63,188 nt of DNA, filler included, from Choristocarpus tenellus KU-1152 (GCA_964200185.2; 11 parts of 11 records of this genome joined end to end with filler, not necessarily neighbours in it), one strand, 5' to 3'. Shown: positions 1 to 13,852, counted from the first letter of the whole stretch. Notes: a model not told the origin generated them from the sequence alone. A program made the numbers and translations.

Positions 1-550
1 GGGGGGTAGGAAGTAGAAAGAGAAAAGAAAATGGGCACCGAAGAAGATGTAGCACCTTGGCACCAGGCCACCAGAACAATCTGTTGACACATGCATGTCC
101 TATTGATAACAAATTTTTAAAAAGCATCAGTCTGTGAATCTGAACATTCCATAATGGCATTGGCAGAAATTATTGTAGGAATATTTCATATAGTTGGGGA
201 TCCAACCTAACTTTCATGTTTTTCAAAAAATGAAGCAGTGTCCTGGTATCTTCCCCGTATGAAGCAGCAATTAATAGTATGTAAGTTTGAATCATTATTT
301 ATCAAAAAATTTAAATTATATACTGACATCTACAAATCACAAATAAATGCTCTTGTGATACAAGGGCTGTGCTACCTGGTTGATATCAAGGCAACATTTC
401 GGTCCCACAGCCTGTCTATCATTCAAGCTGAGGATGTAAATGTAACTGTGCATTGGCACAATCAAGAAGACTCGGATTCATGCAGGAAAAATGTAAACCA
501 CCTTTACTGCAATGTCTACGGCCAACCCGAATTGTACCAAATTAATCAAC

Positions 551-1020
551 TGTAGTTTGTGAGAGACGAGGGGTGACACTCACCCAGGAGTCACACCCTT
601 GTCATTCTATCATTTCGATCCACCTATATAGTGTCATCGCTTTATATAATATAAGTTCTAATGATTGGTCACCTTGGGACCAAAAGGGAGTGTTAGGTAC
701 TGAAGAAAATCGAAGAGGCTGAGACATCGCTTTATTGGCACGATTTCATCACCCTTTAACATTGGCAGCGATATGAATACCTCGAGGGGATATTGGAAGC
801 CAAAGTTTAAAATAACGAGTGGTGTAAAATGTTCAGGGGTTTACTGCAACAGAACTCAAAGTTTGTTCGAATGTTACGGCGATGGTTGGCCAGAGCTGAA
901 AAGACGGAGCTGAAAAGACGCGGAGTAGCCATCAAAACCTCACTAATTGTGGCTCTATCTTAATCTATCATAACCTCATTGATTTATTCGTCGAAAAAAA
1001 TGAAAAGGAGGGGGACTACA
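551..1020. mobile_element. Possible solo LTR
   Basis: Termini TGTAGT...ACTACA, flanks CAAC/CAAT (4 bp, 1 mismatch). No second copy in the window. Confidence 0.3.
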
Positions 1021-1885
1021 CAATCGATTGTTCAGTTTGTAGTTCCACACTTCTTTTAGAAGGAGGGGGTAACATTGCAAGAGCTGACTACAACAAACTT
1101 TTGTCAGAAAGTTGACCCTACCCTGACAGATAATCTCGTTTGGAAATCCGACATCATCAATAGCAGCCAGAGTGAGATCTCATGGTTATCAAAAGTGCGT
1201 GTGAACTTGACACCTGAGTTATCCTTACCGGCTATAATGGCATAGGTATTGGGGATCAGGATAGCCCATAAGCAAAAGTCGTAGCTAGTCCTACAGAACA
1301 GCTACCCTCTTTTCCGGTAGCAGTGGAAGAGGTAAACGCTAGAGAGCTTTCCACAGACTGTGATATGTCCTGACAGACAACAGACCACTGCCAACCCACT
1401 TAACAATACCACAGAATTAACAATCTATCAGTGAAAGGTACGACCACCAACAGGTGGGGCGGAGAAATCAAGAAGGGAGTCCAGTTATACGCAAAGATTG
1501 TTTTACCTTGCTCGGCTCATGGTCTCCACGCCCTTACCCTCCTGTGATATTGCCCTCAACAGAGGGCCAGCTCCCCCTAACGCCAAGGGCAAAAGCTTCC
1601 CACACCGCGCCAGTGCCGCACGAACTGCGCGAAACAGCTTAATGCTTGCTAGGCTGTAATAGCCAACTTGAACAGTAGCACTGATACCGTTGTTTACAGT
1701 AGTTCACAACAGGTTGGATTGTACCACTTTCCTCCCATCAATTTTATAATCTGTGAAGCACGTTTCGTTTCCTCTCTCAAATTTATCGCGCAGTTGAGTG
1801 TGATCTTCGCGCGGAACTTGGTTGGGATGCACATTATCCAATCAGCGCGCGACAAGGCGAGCAAGTTGGACATGTAAGGGAGCGT

Positions 1886-2045
1886 GACTCAAAGTATCTG
1901 GCGGGGGTGGCGACTGTCCATTTATGACCTTTTTTTCCATGTCGCAATTATTGGTTGATTTGGTTGCATACCTTGGATGGATAATGTAAGTGCACTTTTC
2001 TGGTTATGACCCAAATGGACACCCTGGTGTAGAATCCCCCCCCCC
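1886..2045 (+). mobile_element. MITE family B, right end lost
   Basis: Starts GACTCAAAGTATCTGGCGGGG; body matches 18969-19144 and 62296-62469; ends in the C-run without the terminal AGATACTTTG. Confidence 0.85.
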
Positions 2046-5000
2046 TCTTAGGTCTGTGCAGCTGGTGACGTCCCAACCAGGGCAGATTGGTCCTAAAGGA
2101 CCCTAACCTAGAGGGAATCTGGACCAGGGGACCGCCCCCTTTCCTTCCTTCTCTGGTCTTCAAGCACAGGGTTTCACTTATGCCACCCCTCATGCACAAT
2201 GGATATGTCTAAGATGCAGATCACCCTGAAACCGCCCAATAGATTTCTTCCTTTGTACATTTGTGGCACAAATACACCTAACATCAGACTCCCTGTAATA
2301 ACTTCCTCCCCCCAAAGGTTGACGGGAGTTCCACTTAGTTGGGCTTGGGGTTCAGATTTACAGTTCCTGCGAGCCAGACATACCAGTCCCAAACACGCAC
2401 TAGAGGAACAGACCTCCACACGTCAAAAGCGATAAGGTTGAACGCCTACCTTCACTTGACATGTATGTGGAATTCATTGCGCCATTAGGGGGTAAAAGTA
2501 TAGCATTGTACCACTCCGTTGATCTCCGAATTTTTACTCAGCAGAACCCAGAATTTTCTAGATAGTAGTTGATGGGGAACGGAGCTATATGTTCCATTTT
2601 TTACTTTCGTAGGAGGTATCATTTACTAAGTTGACATCACATAACATCAGAGCCTCCTGGCTCCTGACTGCCTAAGAAATTGAGGACAAGGAACTTCCTT
2701 GTCAAACAAAAAAATACTCATCTGTTGGTTGCTGGATGATGACAGAGAAACAATTTGCTTCTCTGCCACATTGGTTCGTAGCAATAGTGGGATTGCATGA
2801 TACTTCTATGACTGAAATACGAACTACAAATAGTAGCATTGCTGTAAGAGTACTAGCAAGTACTCCATTACAATTTATTCTATTCTCAAAGTGATAGTAC
2901 GTTGTTTTATGCCCACTGACACTCTTGAAATATTATCAGGTGGGGGGTTGTTTCTCATAGTAGAAAAGGAGCGAAAAATCAAGCAACGAGTGAAGTGATG
3001 AGTGAACCCAAGGCAGGACCCAAACTATGGATGGATCAGGGCTAAGCCCCAATCCTGATTTTGTATTGAATTCAAGATGTGTCCACATTAAGTTTTTGAA
3101 GACAACACTTTGAACACATTCTTGAAGAGGGATATCCAAGAACTTTGGGCTGGAGGCATTGCAACAAGCCTAATGCACCCAAATCACACCTACCCTTAGA
3201 AGTCAAGTAAGCAAAATTTTCGGTCTCCAATGGCTTCGCCAGTGTCGATAAATTTAGATGGGTTCGGACCAGACAAGGCCACGGCCTAGGGCAAAAAACT
3301 GCATACACCACCAACCATTAAAGGTTGAAGTGTGGAGGGTGCTGAGGGGGTGAGGGTGCACCCAGTGAAGTGAGAATAAGTGCAATTAATGTGGATAAGA
3401 ACAAGCGTAACACCAAGCACACATGGATCCCAACCAGAAATGGTCTAAGGCCTATAGAAGTAATTGTGGTGACAAAGAAGGTACCGACCTGCTTTCCTAT
3501 GGTGAATACTTGTGTAAGTATGGACGGAGCACTGGAAGTGAAGATCGAATCAAACACCTTGGCACTAAAAGCATGAATAATACGACAAGCTGAATGTAGA
3601 TGAACTGAAAATGCTGGGGAGCAGGAGGGGGGAAAGTTACCTCTTTGTGATGGGCGCCATAAAGCTGATCTTAGTATGGGAAACCCTCTCAAGCTTTCGA
3701 TTTCTCGAGAGAGTTCTGAGAAATTTGTGAAGAGGCCCACAATGGTCTTGTTGGAGGCTTTAGGAACGTTGCGTGGAACGTGAGCTATTATGCATCGCAA
3801 CTAAAGAAGCAAGCCCCAATCTTAGTCTGAGGTACAGATACAAACACAGCAACACAAATATGGAGCGCAGGTCACACTCCCATCTCAGTGGCTTGGATCC
3901 GACAATTCCATACGGTAACGCCTTCCACATATTGGAAGATAAGGCAAGTCCTTACGACTGTGTGACCGAATAGACCTTGAACGACACCCTTACGTTATCC
4001 ACTTCAAGAGTCACGAATTAGGTTGCTAGAGTACTTTTCGTGGGGACGATTGCCTACAACCCCACTTTCTGGCACGTCACGATGGACCTTGATGCACTGC
4101 CAACGATGAATGCGAACACACAGGGGCAAACAGTGCGAGATTTCTAACAAACATCGTTTTGCCGAGGGTACAAAGTGCAAACCAAACCAGATATCTCCGA
4201 GAAATATTCCTTGGTACTGGGTGTAAGCAAAGGAAAGTCACCCAAACTGATCCAAGTATACTATAGAATACTCAGTAAAAGTGAATACATAATCCTCGTT
4301 GTTGTGGGAATGATTGCGAAACAACAATGGTCAAACTGACTGCTCTATTCTGGAAAGGTATACAGCGTAGGGTTAGGGTTTGGAGGATTTGATAATCGTG
4401 TCTAAACAACAGCGTAAAAAAAGTCTTATCTGGTCAATCCTACCCCCAAAACAACCTAGCCTTGTTGGCGAGTGGGCAAATGGGTTGGGCCCATAGTGGA
4501 GCACTGCCTACAATGCATCCACCTCCTAGCCAAGTCTTCTATCATTGAGAATGCAATTGTCTGGCATGGTACTGGTTTCACTACCCCTACTTCTACTACA
4601 CAATATGAATTAGAAATAGAGAGGATCGAGTGTTGTTGGATGCATGCATCACGTTTATAATTCAATAATGTGACCCACCACCCAACCATCTTTGAGAGAG
4701 CAACGGTTGCTGTGATAGTAGTATACGGAAGAAAAATTGCGAGGACTGTCCGTAAGTATACTATCAAGGTAAGTGACACTCTCGGACACATGATCTTCTC
4801 AAATAAAGATATATCGTGTGGAGTATCTGATCTTGCCCTTCGCTTTACCTACCTCTGTGTGCAAGGATAGTGAGGAGTAAGTTTCTTGTTGAAAAGTGTC
4901 AATATACAATCATCATGATGCCACCACAAAGAGGTTGTCCAGGGTGGGCCCAAACAAATGCTGGCAACGAAAAGTTCAATTATTTCAACACCTATGGATG

Positions 5001-5518
5001 TTCAAGGGGGGGCAACACTGCCTTAAGTTGGGGATTGGTTCCACGGGTCATAACATAGGCTATCACCATTTTCTAGTATGCGTTCCAGAAGACAGGAGGA
5101 GTACAGCTAACTACGACCTGTACATACAAATCTATGGATGACGATACACTGCTAACACATGTGAAGGCAGTGAATAAAACTCATCTCTTGCAGTGTACTC
5201 ACGACAAGCCCACAATCTGCTACAACAAATCATATGGTGGTATCACTTGTCAGTCCACAATAAGCTTCCATTTACTATCCCGTAATATCTGCCAACATCC
5301 CTCTCCTTCTCCTCTTCCTCCTGGGCGGCAGGTGGTGGTTTACGAGTAGTTCAAAACCTATTATGATACTAGAGTCCAAGGCAGAGCAGGCCAAGAACAT
5401 CCGAAAGGTGGTGGATAGAACATCAGGAAATAGGGCCCCTCTTCATTTGGAGATTACTGTACCGTAAGCATTGCTGTACTATGACTCCACAGTAGTAGAG
5501 AGTAGAACATACAACACT

Positions 5519-5612
5519 CAAGGGACAAGGGACAAGGGACAAGGGATAAGGGTACAATAGAAGGTACAAAAAGCAACGAGCAAGGTACAAGGTACAAGGT
5601 ACAAGGTACAGG
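5519..5612. repeat. Heptamer tandem repeats (CAAGGGA)n / (CAAGGTA)n
   Basis: Directly visible 7-bp period; other heptamer arrays at about 58221-58247 (CACCACT) and 58612-58657 (GGTTGCT/GGGTCCT). Confidence 0.85.
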
Positions 5613-6832
5613 GTCCAGGCTAGTTCAAACTACCATTCACACCAGACGATGCAGTCTAGAGCAGCACTCTATATACCATTCCTCTTCCGCACTCTCGAGA
5701 AAATGGAATGCTTCAAGTTCGCGTTTGTACGGTGATACCAACCCTTACTTACTCCCTCACACCATTCCTCGGTATTGTTCTGCTCTGCAACACTGTTCAC
5801 AACAACGCTTGACAACAAAAGCAATTCACTGTTAGGATCACTTTTTACATTGTATATACAGGTTGCCTGATGAGGCATGGGGATGCAAAGATGAAGCCGT
5901 CCGGGTTGTGTGTGCGGACAATGTCGCCTGGAGAGTCGTGCACAAAGGAGGCGGTGTCAGACCACATGTAGCAGCCCTGCATCTTGTTGTGCTCCCATTT
6001 ACCAGAGTGTCGATACCTCCTGATCCTATATTTATTTGGAGAAGAGCAAAGAACAAAGGAATGCATTAAATGTAGTCAGTTCCAAATGCCAGTGGGGGCT
6101 GGAGGAAAAGGGATGTCAAGGAAATAGGAGTACTTGCAAGAGGGTGAATGCTTAGTAATTTTATGGCGATAGGAGTATAAATATAATATTAATATTACCT
6201 CGAACTGCATAAATATTCAATGATGATATTATATTGTATACTTCCAAGTATTGAATTGCTATTACTACTTGCAAATTGTACTACATAATGATATTGAATA
6301 GATTCATGTCTTACGTTATGTAGAGGTGGAATGCATAGCATTACATCAGGGTGGGAGTGGGAGTCTTGACAAGCTCTGAAATAGTACAACAGTCAGTCAG
6401 ATTGAGAATTGCACACAGAGCAGAGGAGATGCTTCGTCAGTAGAAGGGGGAGCGACAACATCATTTATTCCTGTGTGTACAACGAGAGCTTCAAGAGGAG
6501 GATGAAGCGCCCCGCTGTGACAGGTTTGTGGAAGATCCTTCCAAAAGCAACCAAGGTCATCTGGCAGCATACGCCTGTATGCTCTGCATTTCCCCACTAA
6601 TACGAACACCTTTTAACACTTCCCAAGTATTTTCCATGTCAGCATTTGGGTGTCACATACGGCAGGATTGGGATCATCCTTGTCAAAGATATTTCCATGT
6701 AGGGACAACAACTGGTGCGGCAGCAGGAGTTGCACAGGTTATCCTGTCCCAGGTGTTACCCCCCCAAAACAGAATCCGCTGCTAGTTGCTGTTGCCCATG
6801 CCTCCTCCGACCTTCACACAATAATTCTAATA

Positions 6833-7098
6833 GAGTTCAAAGTATCTTAGAGGGCAGAGCCGAGTCCGTTTGGGGGCCAAAATCCAATGTAGCGATTTTG
6901 ATATAATGTTGGCTATATCATGTTTGTTAGGAAGTGTCAATGTCCTTGTTCTGGACACACCTTTTCATAACATACACATTTTACCTACTCCGAAATGTTT
7001 CGGAGTAGGTAAAACGTCATAAAAATCCCGTGGGAAGCTAAGCCCTAAATGGACAAACAGGGCAAAACTCGTACCCTAACCCTAAGATACTTTCACTC
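6833..7098 (+). mobile_element. MITE family A (Sola2-like), full length
   Basis: GAGTTCAAAGTATCTTAGAGGG...CTAAGATACTTTCACTC; flanks ATA/ATA; right TIR carries CCCTAACCCTAA in place of CCCTCTAA. Confidence 0.9.
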
Positions 7099-7992
7099 AT
7101 ACGTGTACTATTCCCCAATCCAACCTCACGGGTTATGTTATCAAGCGTGACATGGAATGCTCTCGAGTACAATCCTAAGCCTTCAGAAAAGAAGGACCAT
7201 CTCCGTGTTCCACGTGCAGGTCAGTCTTTGGCCCTGTTTACGTCAACCCTGCTATGCCTGTCAATAAAACCTTTTACATTAGCAAAAAATAAGTCTCTCA
7301 AAGGAGCATCGCCAAGAGCTATATGTTCTTCTCAGAGACAGTATTAACCTTTTTCCTTAATGCTCCGGAAGTCCCGGCCAATCAGTTTTTGAGCTCGACG
7401 AAGGGTTAGTGTCTGAGTCGCGAGATTCCCATTATTGTGTTCTTTTCGATCGCCATCAACAAAAAAAAACAAACATTGCCAACAACAGTAACAGCAAAAA
7501 GGCCGCTCGTGCAGACTAAAGCAGAGATATTTTTCGATGGGATGGACGGGGATGGGATGGGACGGACTTCAACTACGTGTTCCAGCTGCAACATCCAGGA
7601 GTTGCGAAAGCACATCATTACCTAAGTGACTTCAAACGTTTTCTCTTTGCCTCGGGACGAAATGATGGATTTGGAGCGGATCAGCCGCGATTGAATCGGG
7701 CATTGCAATGACATGATAGGCAGGTGGATTGTGTCTGGGGCTTGAACCAGAGCTTGTACTACCGCAACGGTGAGTAGTGTTGGGGATGAGTGCAGCGGTT
7801 GCATTTTTTTGAAGCTTCACCAAGAAAAGGGTGCAAAATTCAGCCTTTGCTTGTGTTCGGCCAAGGACGAGTTCTGAGGGATAGGGTTAAACCTAGGGTG
7901 AAGAGGATTCTTGCTGGAGGCCAGTCAGGATCATGAATGAGACAGAGTCATGAATGAGTGGAACAACCAACCCCCCAAGCATGCTAAACATA

Positions 7993-8071
7993 GGCTCAAA
8001 GTACCTAGGGGGGGGGGGGGGGGAAACACCAGGGGGTCTGTTCAGGCCCTGCCGGGGGGGAGGGAACCCAC
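7993..8071 (+). mobile_element. MITE terminus (related family), cut by contig end
   Basis: GGCTCAAAGTACCTAG followed by a long G-run; a similar variant end lies at 32603-32726. Confidence 0.7.
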
Positions 8072-8171
8072 NNNNNNNNNNNNNNNNNNNNNNNNNNNNN
8101 NNNNNNNNNNNNNNNTTAATTAATTAANNNNNNNNNNNNNNNNNNNNNNNNNNNNNNNNNNNNNNNNNNNN
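8072..8171. other. Artificial contig linker (44 N + TTAATTAATTAA + 44 N); ten in the window
   Basis: Identical 100-nt blocks at 8072-8171, 11853-11952, 15763-15862, 24502-24601, 27963-28062, 32727-32826, 37587-37686, 46907-47006, 54249-54348, 60405-60504. The 12-mer gives stops in all six frames. A separate 10-N gap is at 14867-14876. Confidence 0.98.
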
Positions 8172-10791
8172 CTGTTGACCTACCAATTTCTTCAACCTGG
8201 TTTTTGTCGTCTTCGTAAAACCGGTAAGACTTTTCAAAAGGTCAGTCGAAAGTAGAAGTTCGAATACCCACACGTACATGGGCAGGGAGGAATGAGAGCA
8301 AGGAATGATATCCTCCAAAAAACACAGGGCGAGCCAATTTTTTTATCTGACCTACGGAGACGTAGGGTGCGAAAACAAATCGCATGTACAAGGAAAATGA
8401 TCAAGGTCGCATCACTATTTTTAGAATCCTGACCAAGCTGAGATGAGCAGCAGGATCTGTGCCACACCAATGTGCGACTTGAAACTATTGGTGTGTATAA
8501 AAGTAAAAAAAAATCAATGGAACGGGTTAGTAAGGAACAGACAATAAACTCTCACATGTTCACGATACCCATATAATTCCGTCCATGGAGATTTCTAGAA
8601 CACTCGCATCTACCAATATGTACATACATGCTTCTCTAACAATATTTACCTCCAAACTAGGTTATACATATGGGTGTGTATATACTACTACGTATACAAT
8701 TTGCCCCGGCACACTGAGGCAGGTAAACACGAAGCTGGGGAATATAGGCAAGAACCACCACGACGAAAATGAAAAAGCAGGCAAACAGGAGGAAGTTGGG
8801 GAAAACAGGGTAAAATTCACGACAAAAAAAGCAAGAAAAAGGTCAACCTCCCATGCTCTTGGTTGACCAGCTGTTACACAGCGTCACAGCTCAGATTGGA
8901 CGCTTCGAGCCTCGTAAACCACAATCGGTTGGAGCACCAGGACCACTCAGAGGAGTGGTACGAGTGTGTGTCTGATGGCACAACGAGATTCGTTCCAGAT
9001 TGTGAATCCGAAGAAAATGTGACAGCTAACGTACGTCATGCCAGAGGAGAAGGCAAGCTCACCCATACCATCTCTGTCTCTGCTGAATGCTGTTTGTTTT
9101 TTGGGATGATTTTTTTGCATCCCTTGTTCATTGTATTTTTTCTCTTGCCTGCAACCTTTTTTCCTGATGGTATTTTTCTCTTTCCCGCAACTTTATTCCC
9201 TGATGGTATTTTTTCTCCTGTGGGTTCTATCCTTCCTTTTCTGTTCTTTTCATTCCTTTTATTTCCTTTTCTTCTATCACTCCTTTGTTTTTCTTTCTTG
9301 GTCCTTGTTGTCTTTCCTCACTCAATGTGTATTCTTTCTTTGGATCAGCATATAAAAATAATCGTTGGTTCGGCAAAGACGCAATTCGCGCGTATATCGC
9401 ACGCAAATGTACATCCCTCGCGCTAAATGCGCGATATGAAATTGTTTTCACATTATTTTCTTCAAACTGGTGCTCTTTTTCTACATATATTGTTTTTGAA
9501 GGTTGTTCAAGTTATGTAATTTTCTTCCTTTCCAAATCCCAACGAGATATAAAAAAGAATTGTGATCAGACTTTAGAGCCTTCTTGAGAGTTTTTCACTA
9601 GTCGTCAGTCAGGATGTAGTGTGTGTGAGGGTTGATGTGTATCATGCTGCATATTTCGTAGAGTGTAATCATGTAAGTGTTGAACTCTCATGTACCAGGT
9701 TCAAGATCGGTTAAATACTTCTGGATACAGGCAAAGAAATCAAAAGTCACACGATCTCATAAGCAATCCATGATGGAAGCTAAATCGTGGCATCATGTGT
9801 CAGGAGGGGTAGTGGGCATACAGTGGTACGGGAAGTGTACAGTTTTCAAAGTACATTTTTTTTTAGAGAAATGCTGGATTGTAGAGGTATGCCAACAACT
9901 AGATGAGCTTGTGCAACAAATTCAAGGCGCAACGAAGTCTTGACTCACTGGTGATAGGTGTTTGGAATTTATTTCGCATTCCTTTGATGTAACTGAGTTA
10001 AAAAATCAAGTTAGAGGAATTATATAACTATGCAGCCCTTTCGATTGAAGTCGTTGGAGATTGGTGTAATGCTGGGTTGGAGCAAAAACACCGTTGTTAG
10101 AAAGATGTGGTTGTGACATTATTTGTTCAAGTGTACCAATTAGCCTATCTCAGTGATAACCCGTTGAAGGATTGTCAACTACTGGTTTGGATCCCAAGAT
10201 TGTCAGAAGGTGTAACTGAGACATTGATTGCTTAAGTGCATATTTTTTATGAACCTATTTGAAGGACAACTTGTTGACTTGTCAAATGCTGGGTCGGATC
10301 CCTCAGAAATGTGGAAAAGATATGGACAGCATGTTGATTTCCCGTCTTTTTCTTCCGAAGTATGGTTTAGCCTATTTAAGTGACTACCTATCAAACAAAG
10401 GTTTCTTCGCTAATAGACAGGATGCCAATGATTTAGCGCAAGCTACATTCTTCGCCCTTTGGTCAGACACAGCTACGCATTATCTCCCTTCTTTATCTGT
10501 CTCAAGGAACTTCATTGCTGTAATATTTTGGCAGAAAGAATGTTTACCACAGAGGGCAGTTAGAGCGACTTGCTGTACTGTTTGTCGAGGAGTAGCCTGA
10601 AACAAGTCGAACGTGGCAGCCAGGGTTAAGAACCCTTGCTGGAAATCATGCTGTTCACCACAGATCAAGTTTCTGAGTATGCGCTAGCTGGCATCATGCT
10701 CTGAAGTCTCCATCAAGACATCATGTTCCTCTCGAATTCCGTCCAGGACCGCAAAACCGATTCCCGACTTTGTGTACCCAACCACAAGAGG

Positions 10792-11229
10792 TGTTACAGG
10801 CGCCCCTCAATGCTCACCATTCCAGGATGTACAAGTCAAGTCCAATTCACGGATTATTGAACGTCAGCTCAGCAGAACAGGGATACTCTTAATGAATCAA
10901 TCAGTATAAAGTGTATATAAGGTTGGACATCAGTAAGAGTGAGATATGTGGGTCTTGTTAGTTCAGAAAAACTGATCTGGCTTGAGCCCTTTTTAGGAAC
11001 TCTAATAATCATTTGATGTTGGGGGATTGTTCGGGTTTGCAAGTACTGGTATGTATCTGAGAATCCTTTCCGACCATCCATCCATGACCCTCTGCAACTA
11101 CCCGAGTTACAGTTTATTCTGCAACTTTTAGGCAAATCGGAGTTCCCCCTTTTGGTGTTGCCCACGCGCGTATACTGCTCGCGCTGGTTAAAGGGCGGGA
11201 AGAAATACTTGCGCTATTCGCCTGTGACA
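10792..11229 (+). mobile_element. Solo LTR (438 bp), probably Ty3/gypsy-type
   Basis: TGTTACAGGCG...CGCCTGTGACA terminal inverted repeat; 4-bp flanking duplication GAGG. First 26 nt identical to 24476-24501; related 3' end at about 57850-57921. Confidence 0.85.
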
Positions 11230-11549
11230 GAGGGCCTGTCCCTGGGTTTGTACGTCAACTCTTTTTTTTCGTCAAATGAATCACCAAAGAGCTGTGTTCG
11301 ATTCAATCAGTTGTCAGGATCATGGATGTACCAGTTGGATTTGGTGTGGGTGTAGTGTTGTTCTTTGGAGAACGCCGAGTGTTGCCTTCGCATCCTCAAA
11401 CTCGTCCTTCTTCTGACTGTACCTTTGTTTGAGGCCGCCACGATAAGGATCTGTCACATGGTGCATCCTTGTGGTGCACAGTGTGAAATGACTCGGACCA
11501 TGAGTTGGGGTAGTCCCCAGATTTTTTAAGACAATCTTGATAAGGCTTT

Positions 11550-11601
11550 GCCCCTGACATACCTCCAAAATGTCAGAGGATATAATAGTAATAGTAATAG
11601 A

Positions 11602-11634
<33 letters not shown>

Positions 11635-11660
11635 TGCAGTAGTAATAATAGTAATAATAA
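11550..11660 (+). mobile_element. 3' end of non-LTR (LINE/SINE-type) family: stem-loop plus (AAT)n tail
   Basis: CCCTGACA-loop-TGTCAGAGG then a long (AAT)n; same module at 13562, 13727-13825, 28795, 32535, 56995-57060, 61650. Confidence 0.7.
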
Positions 11661-11952
11661 CAAAAGATAATATTTTTGTCGTACTACCTCCGTGCCGTAA
11701 GTTTGTGCTGCGAATCATCTGGTCTCGCCGAGCGAAAACGGCGCCGATTCGGACGATAAGCGCATAGAATGAAATTGGGTTGATAATCTCAGCTTTCAGA
11801 AAAGACGGGGGTCGAGGATCATCAGGTACAAACTCGAGGTGCTTCAAGCCCTNNNNNNNNNNNNNNNNNNNNNNNNNNNNNNNNNNNNNNNNNNNNTTAA
11901 TTAATTAANNNNNNNNNNNNNNNNNNNNNNNNNNNNNNNNNNNNNNNNNNNN

Positions 11953-12069
11953 TTTTTTTTTGCTCACCTTTCAAATCCAACACGTGGGACCAACTACCAC
12001 CAAAAAAGTGAAAATCGAAAAAAGGGTGAAAAACGGACGCCGGCACCCCCCCCCCAGATACTTTGACCC
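11953..12069 (-). mobile_element. MITE family C, partial (contig start)
   Basis: ...AAAACGGACGCCGGCACCCCCCCCCCAGATACTTTGACCC; reverse complement matches the 5' part of 54366-54540. Other C fragments at 15863-15906, 24602-24676, 37687-37787, 38045-38156, 47007-47026. Confidence 0.85.
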
Positions 12070-12938
12070 TTTTCCTTAACAAGTGCACACATATTTTTTA
12101 ACCACACTCAAATGAATATTTGGATGGGTCCATACACATACGGGGTGGTCAGGGCTTTATCACTTTTTGTCAAGTTTCGAATGGAACAAGATCCCCATGT
12201 ACCTCTTTTTGCATCTCCAAACTTGCTTTCACCATACCCGCAAAAAGAGTAATTGATGTGAATACTCGGGATGGTCATTTATAGGTTTGAATCCGCTATC
12301 TTAAGCAGGAAATCGTTGGGATCCCTTGGCCCTCTCAATGATTTTCTTCTTCAGCAAATAAGATTTTGTTTGAGCTCACTCGGTGGGAGGTGACTGTGTT
12401 CCTCGTAGGCGGGCACACGGTTTCTGCTCCACATAGTCCAAAAGATTGAAACTGGAAGAAAACTGGACCTCATCATTCCAGAACTCCGGATATAAGGGGT
12501 ATTAACAATAATACTTGAAGGTGAGAAATCGAGTTTTCATTTTCAAGTCAAAAGGATAAAATAGCCTACAGATTCCTCAGGATGGAAGTGGATAATCCTT
12601 TCCTGACAAACACAGGATATTTAACCTTTTGCTTTCAGGGACGCAAGATAATAATTCAAGGTAATGATCCACTCACAAAGGTAAGCACTGGTCCAATTCC
12701 GAAAAACCCCTCAAGCTCAGTGCAGTTCCTCTTGAGACGTCCCCCGTTGTGGCCTAGCGCAACCCACAACCAAGAATAGGGAACCATTAATTTCCATTTC
12801 ACATTTATACTACCTGAGGTACTGTAGCTTGATCAAAACAATGGCCCAAGCACTTTGATACCAACATTTCCTGGGATGTTATGTTCGTAACCCTCGGGTA
12901 ATTAGATGTACAATAAGATGTTTCCCATCACCAACAAC

Positions 12939-13165
12939 TTCGGGGTTCCAACCCTGTTGAGGGCAACCAACCTATCAAGGAACTCCTCCAAATTGGCTAC
13001 ATGAACATTTACGGGATACCCAAATGATTCGTGATTTTTTCTTTTTTACCATAGTCTTACTATGACCAAACCTTGGGGTTCCAACCCTGTCGAGCACAAC
13101 CTTTCAAGGAACTCCTCCAAATTGGCTACATGAACATTCTTGGGATACACGGATGATTATTTTTC
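12939..13165. repeat. Direct duplication of about 95 bp (period about 132 bp)
   Basis: GGGGTTCCAACCCTGT...TCAAGGAACTCCTCCAAATTGGCTACATGAACATT...GGGATAC occurs at about 12942 and about 13075, upstream of a polypurine tract and LTR. Confidence 0.85.
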
Positions 13166-13220
13166 TCTTCTCCGACGAGACTGTCACTTTTATTTCTCGT
13201 GTGCAGACAGAGCTCACACT

Positions 13221-13503
13221 GGGGGGGGGGGGGTGATGTCACGGATAGGTCCCTTTGGGAGCTGATCTCAGTCCAGATACACATCCGCGCGCACACAAGT
13301 GCATTGTGCGCACATTTCGTTGTCATTGGTGACTTTCCCGCCAATATCAAACACAGAAAAGTTTGAGGACCCTCAGACTACTTACGGTTGAACATTCACA
13401 AAGATGTAATATCACCCGTCGGATCTGAGACCCCATCAAAACGTTTCCTAAGATTTGATAAGCAAGGGAGCTTTGGGTTTGCTGGAAGCACCCCACCGTG
13501 ACA
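13221..13503 (+). mobile_element. Polypurine tract plus 3' LTR (267 bp) of an LTR retrotransposon
   Basis: G13 tract at 13221-13233, then perfect 8-bp termini TGTCACGG (13237)...CCGTGACA (13503). Confidence 0.75.
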
Positions 13504-13852
13504 CAACTGGTGATTCTGAACACCCCCCACGACTGATTGGACCCTGCCTCAAGACATACACTTATGCCCTCTGACATTTTCCAGGTGTGTCTTGTTACTT
13601 CACCACTATCAATAATGTACTGCTGACTTCCTGTTCTTCCAATCTACCTTCTCCTGCGCCCCAGGGAGATGACCTAGGGAGGCATCCCAAGAAACTAATA
13701 AACCCCCCAATGTGTATAGTTTTCATTGGTTTCCCCCCTGACACATTGCAAAATGTCAGAGGGAAAAATAAGAAGAATACTCGGAGTGATCTCCAAAATG
13801 TCAGAGGTCATAATAATATAATATTCGGAATGATAGATTTCTGTGTCTTTCT

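Noticed and set aside
370-460. LVDIKATFR resembling a DIRS/BEL RT motif
   Set aside because: No downstream PFG or YxDD motif found.
1437-1449. GGTACGACCACCA as a tRNA 3' end or minus-strand PBS
   Set aside because: No cloverleaf and no adjacent CA-ending LTR.
5519-5612. Heptamer arrays as cyanobacterial STRR or CRISPR-like repeats
   Set aside because: No spacers, no cas genes, eukaryotic context; simple slippage repeats.
5845-6030. MORN-like peptide YRHSGKWEHNKMQGCYMWSD
   Set aside because: A single imperfect motif; the frame may be coding but the domain call is unsupported. Its neighbour's similarity to 8930-8970 (EEWxE) is too short to trust.
8116-8127. Recurrent TTAATTAATTAA palindrome and the ORFs ending in LIN
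   Set aside because: Always centred in 44 N + 44 N; a six-frame-stop assembly linker, not biology.
10255-10395. DPSEMWKRY...LAYLS resembling a second hAT dimerisation domain
   Set aside because: Needs a frameshift and lacks the ERxFS core.
11320-11847. Poly-Ile membrane protein ORFs on both strands
   Set aside because: Produced by the (AAT)n tail of a retroelement 3' end.
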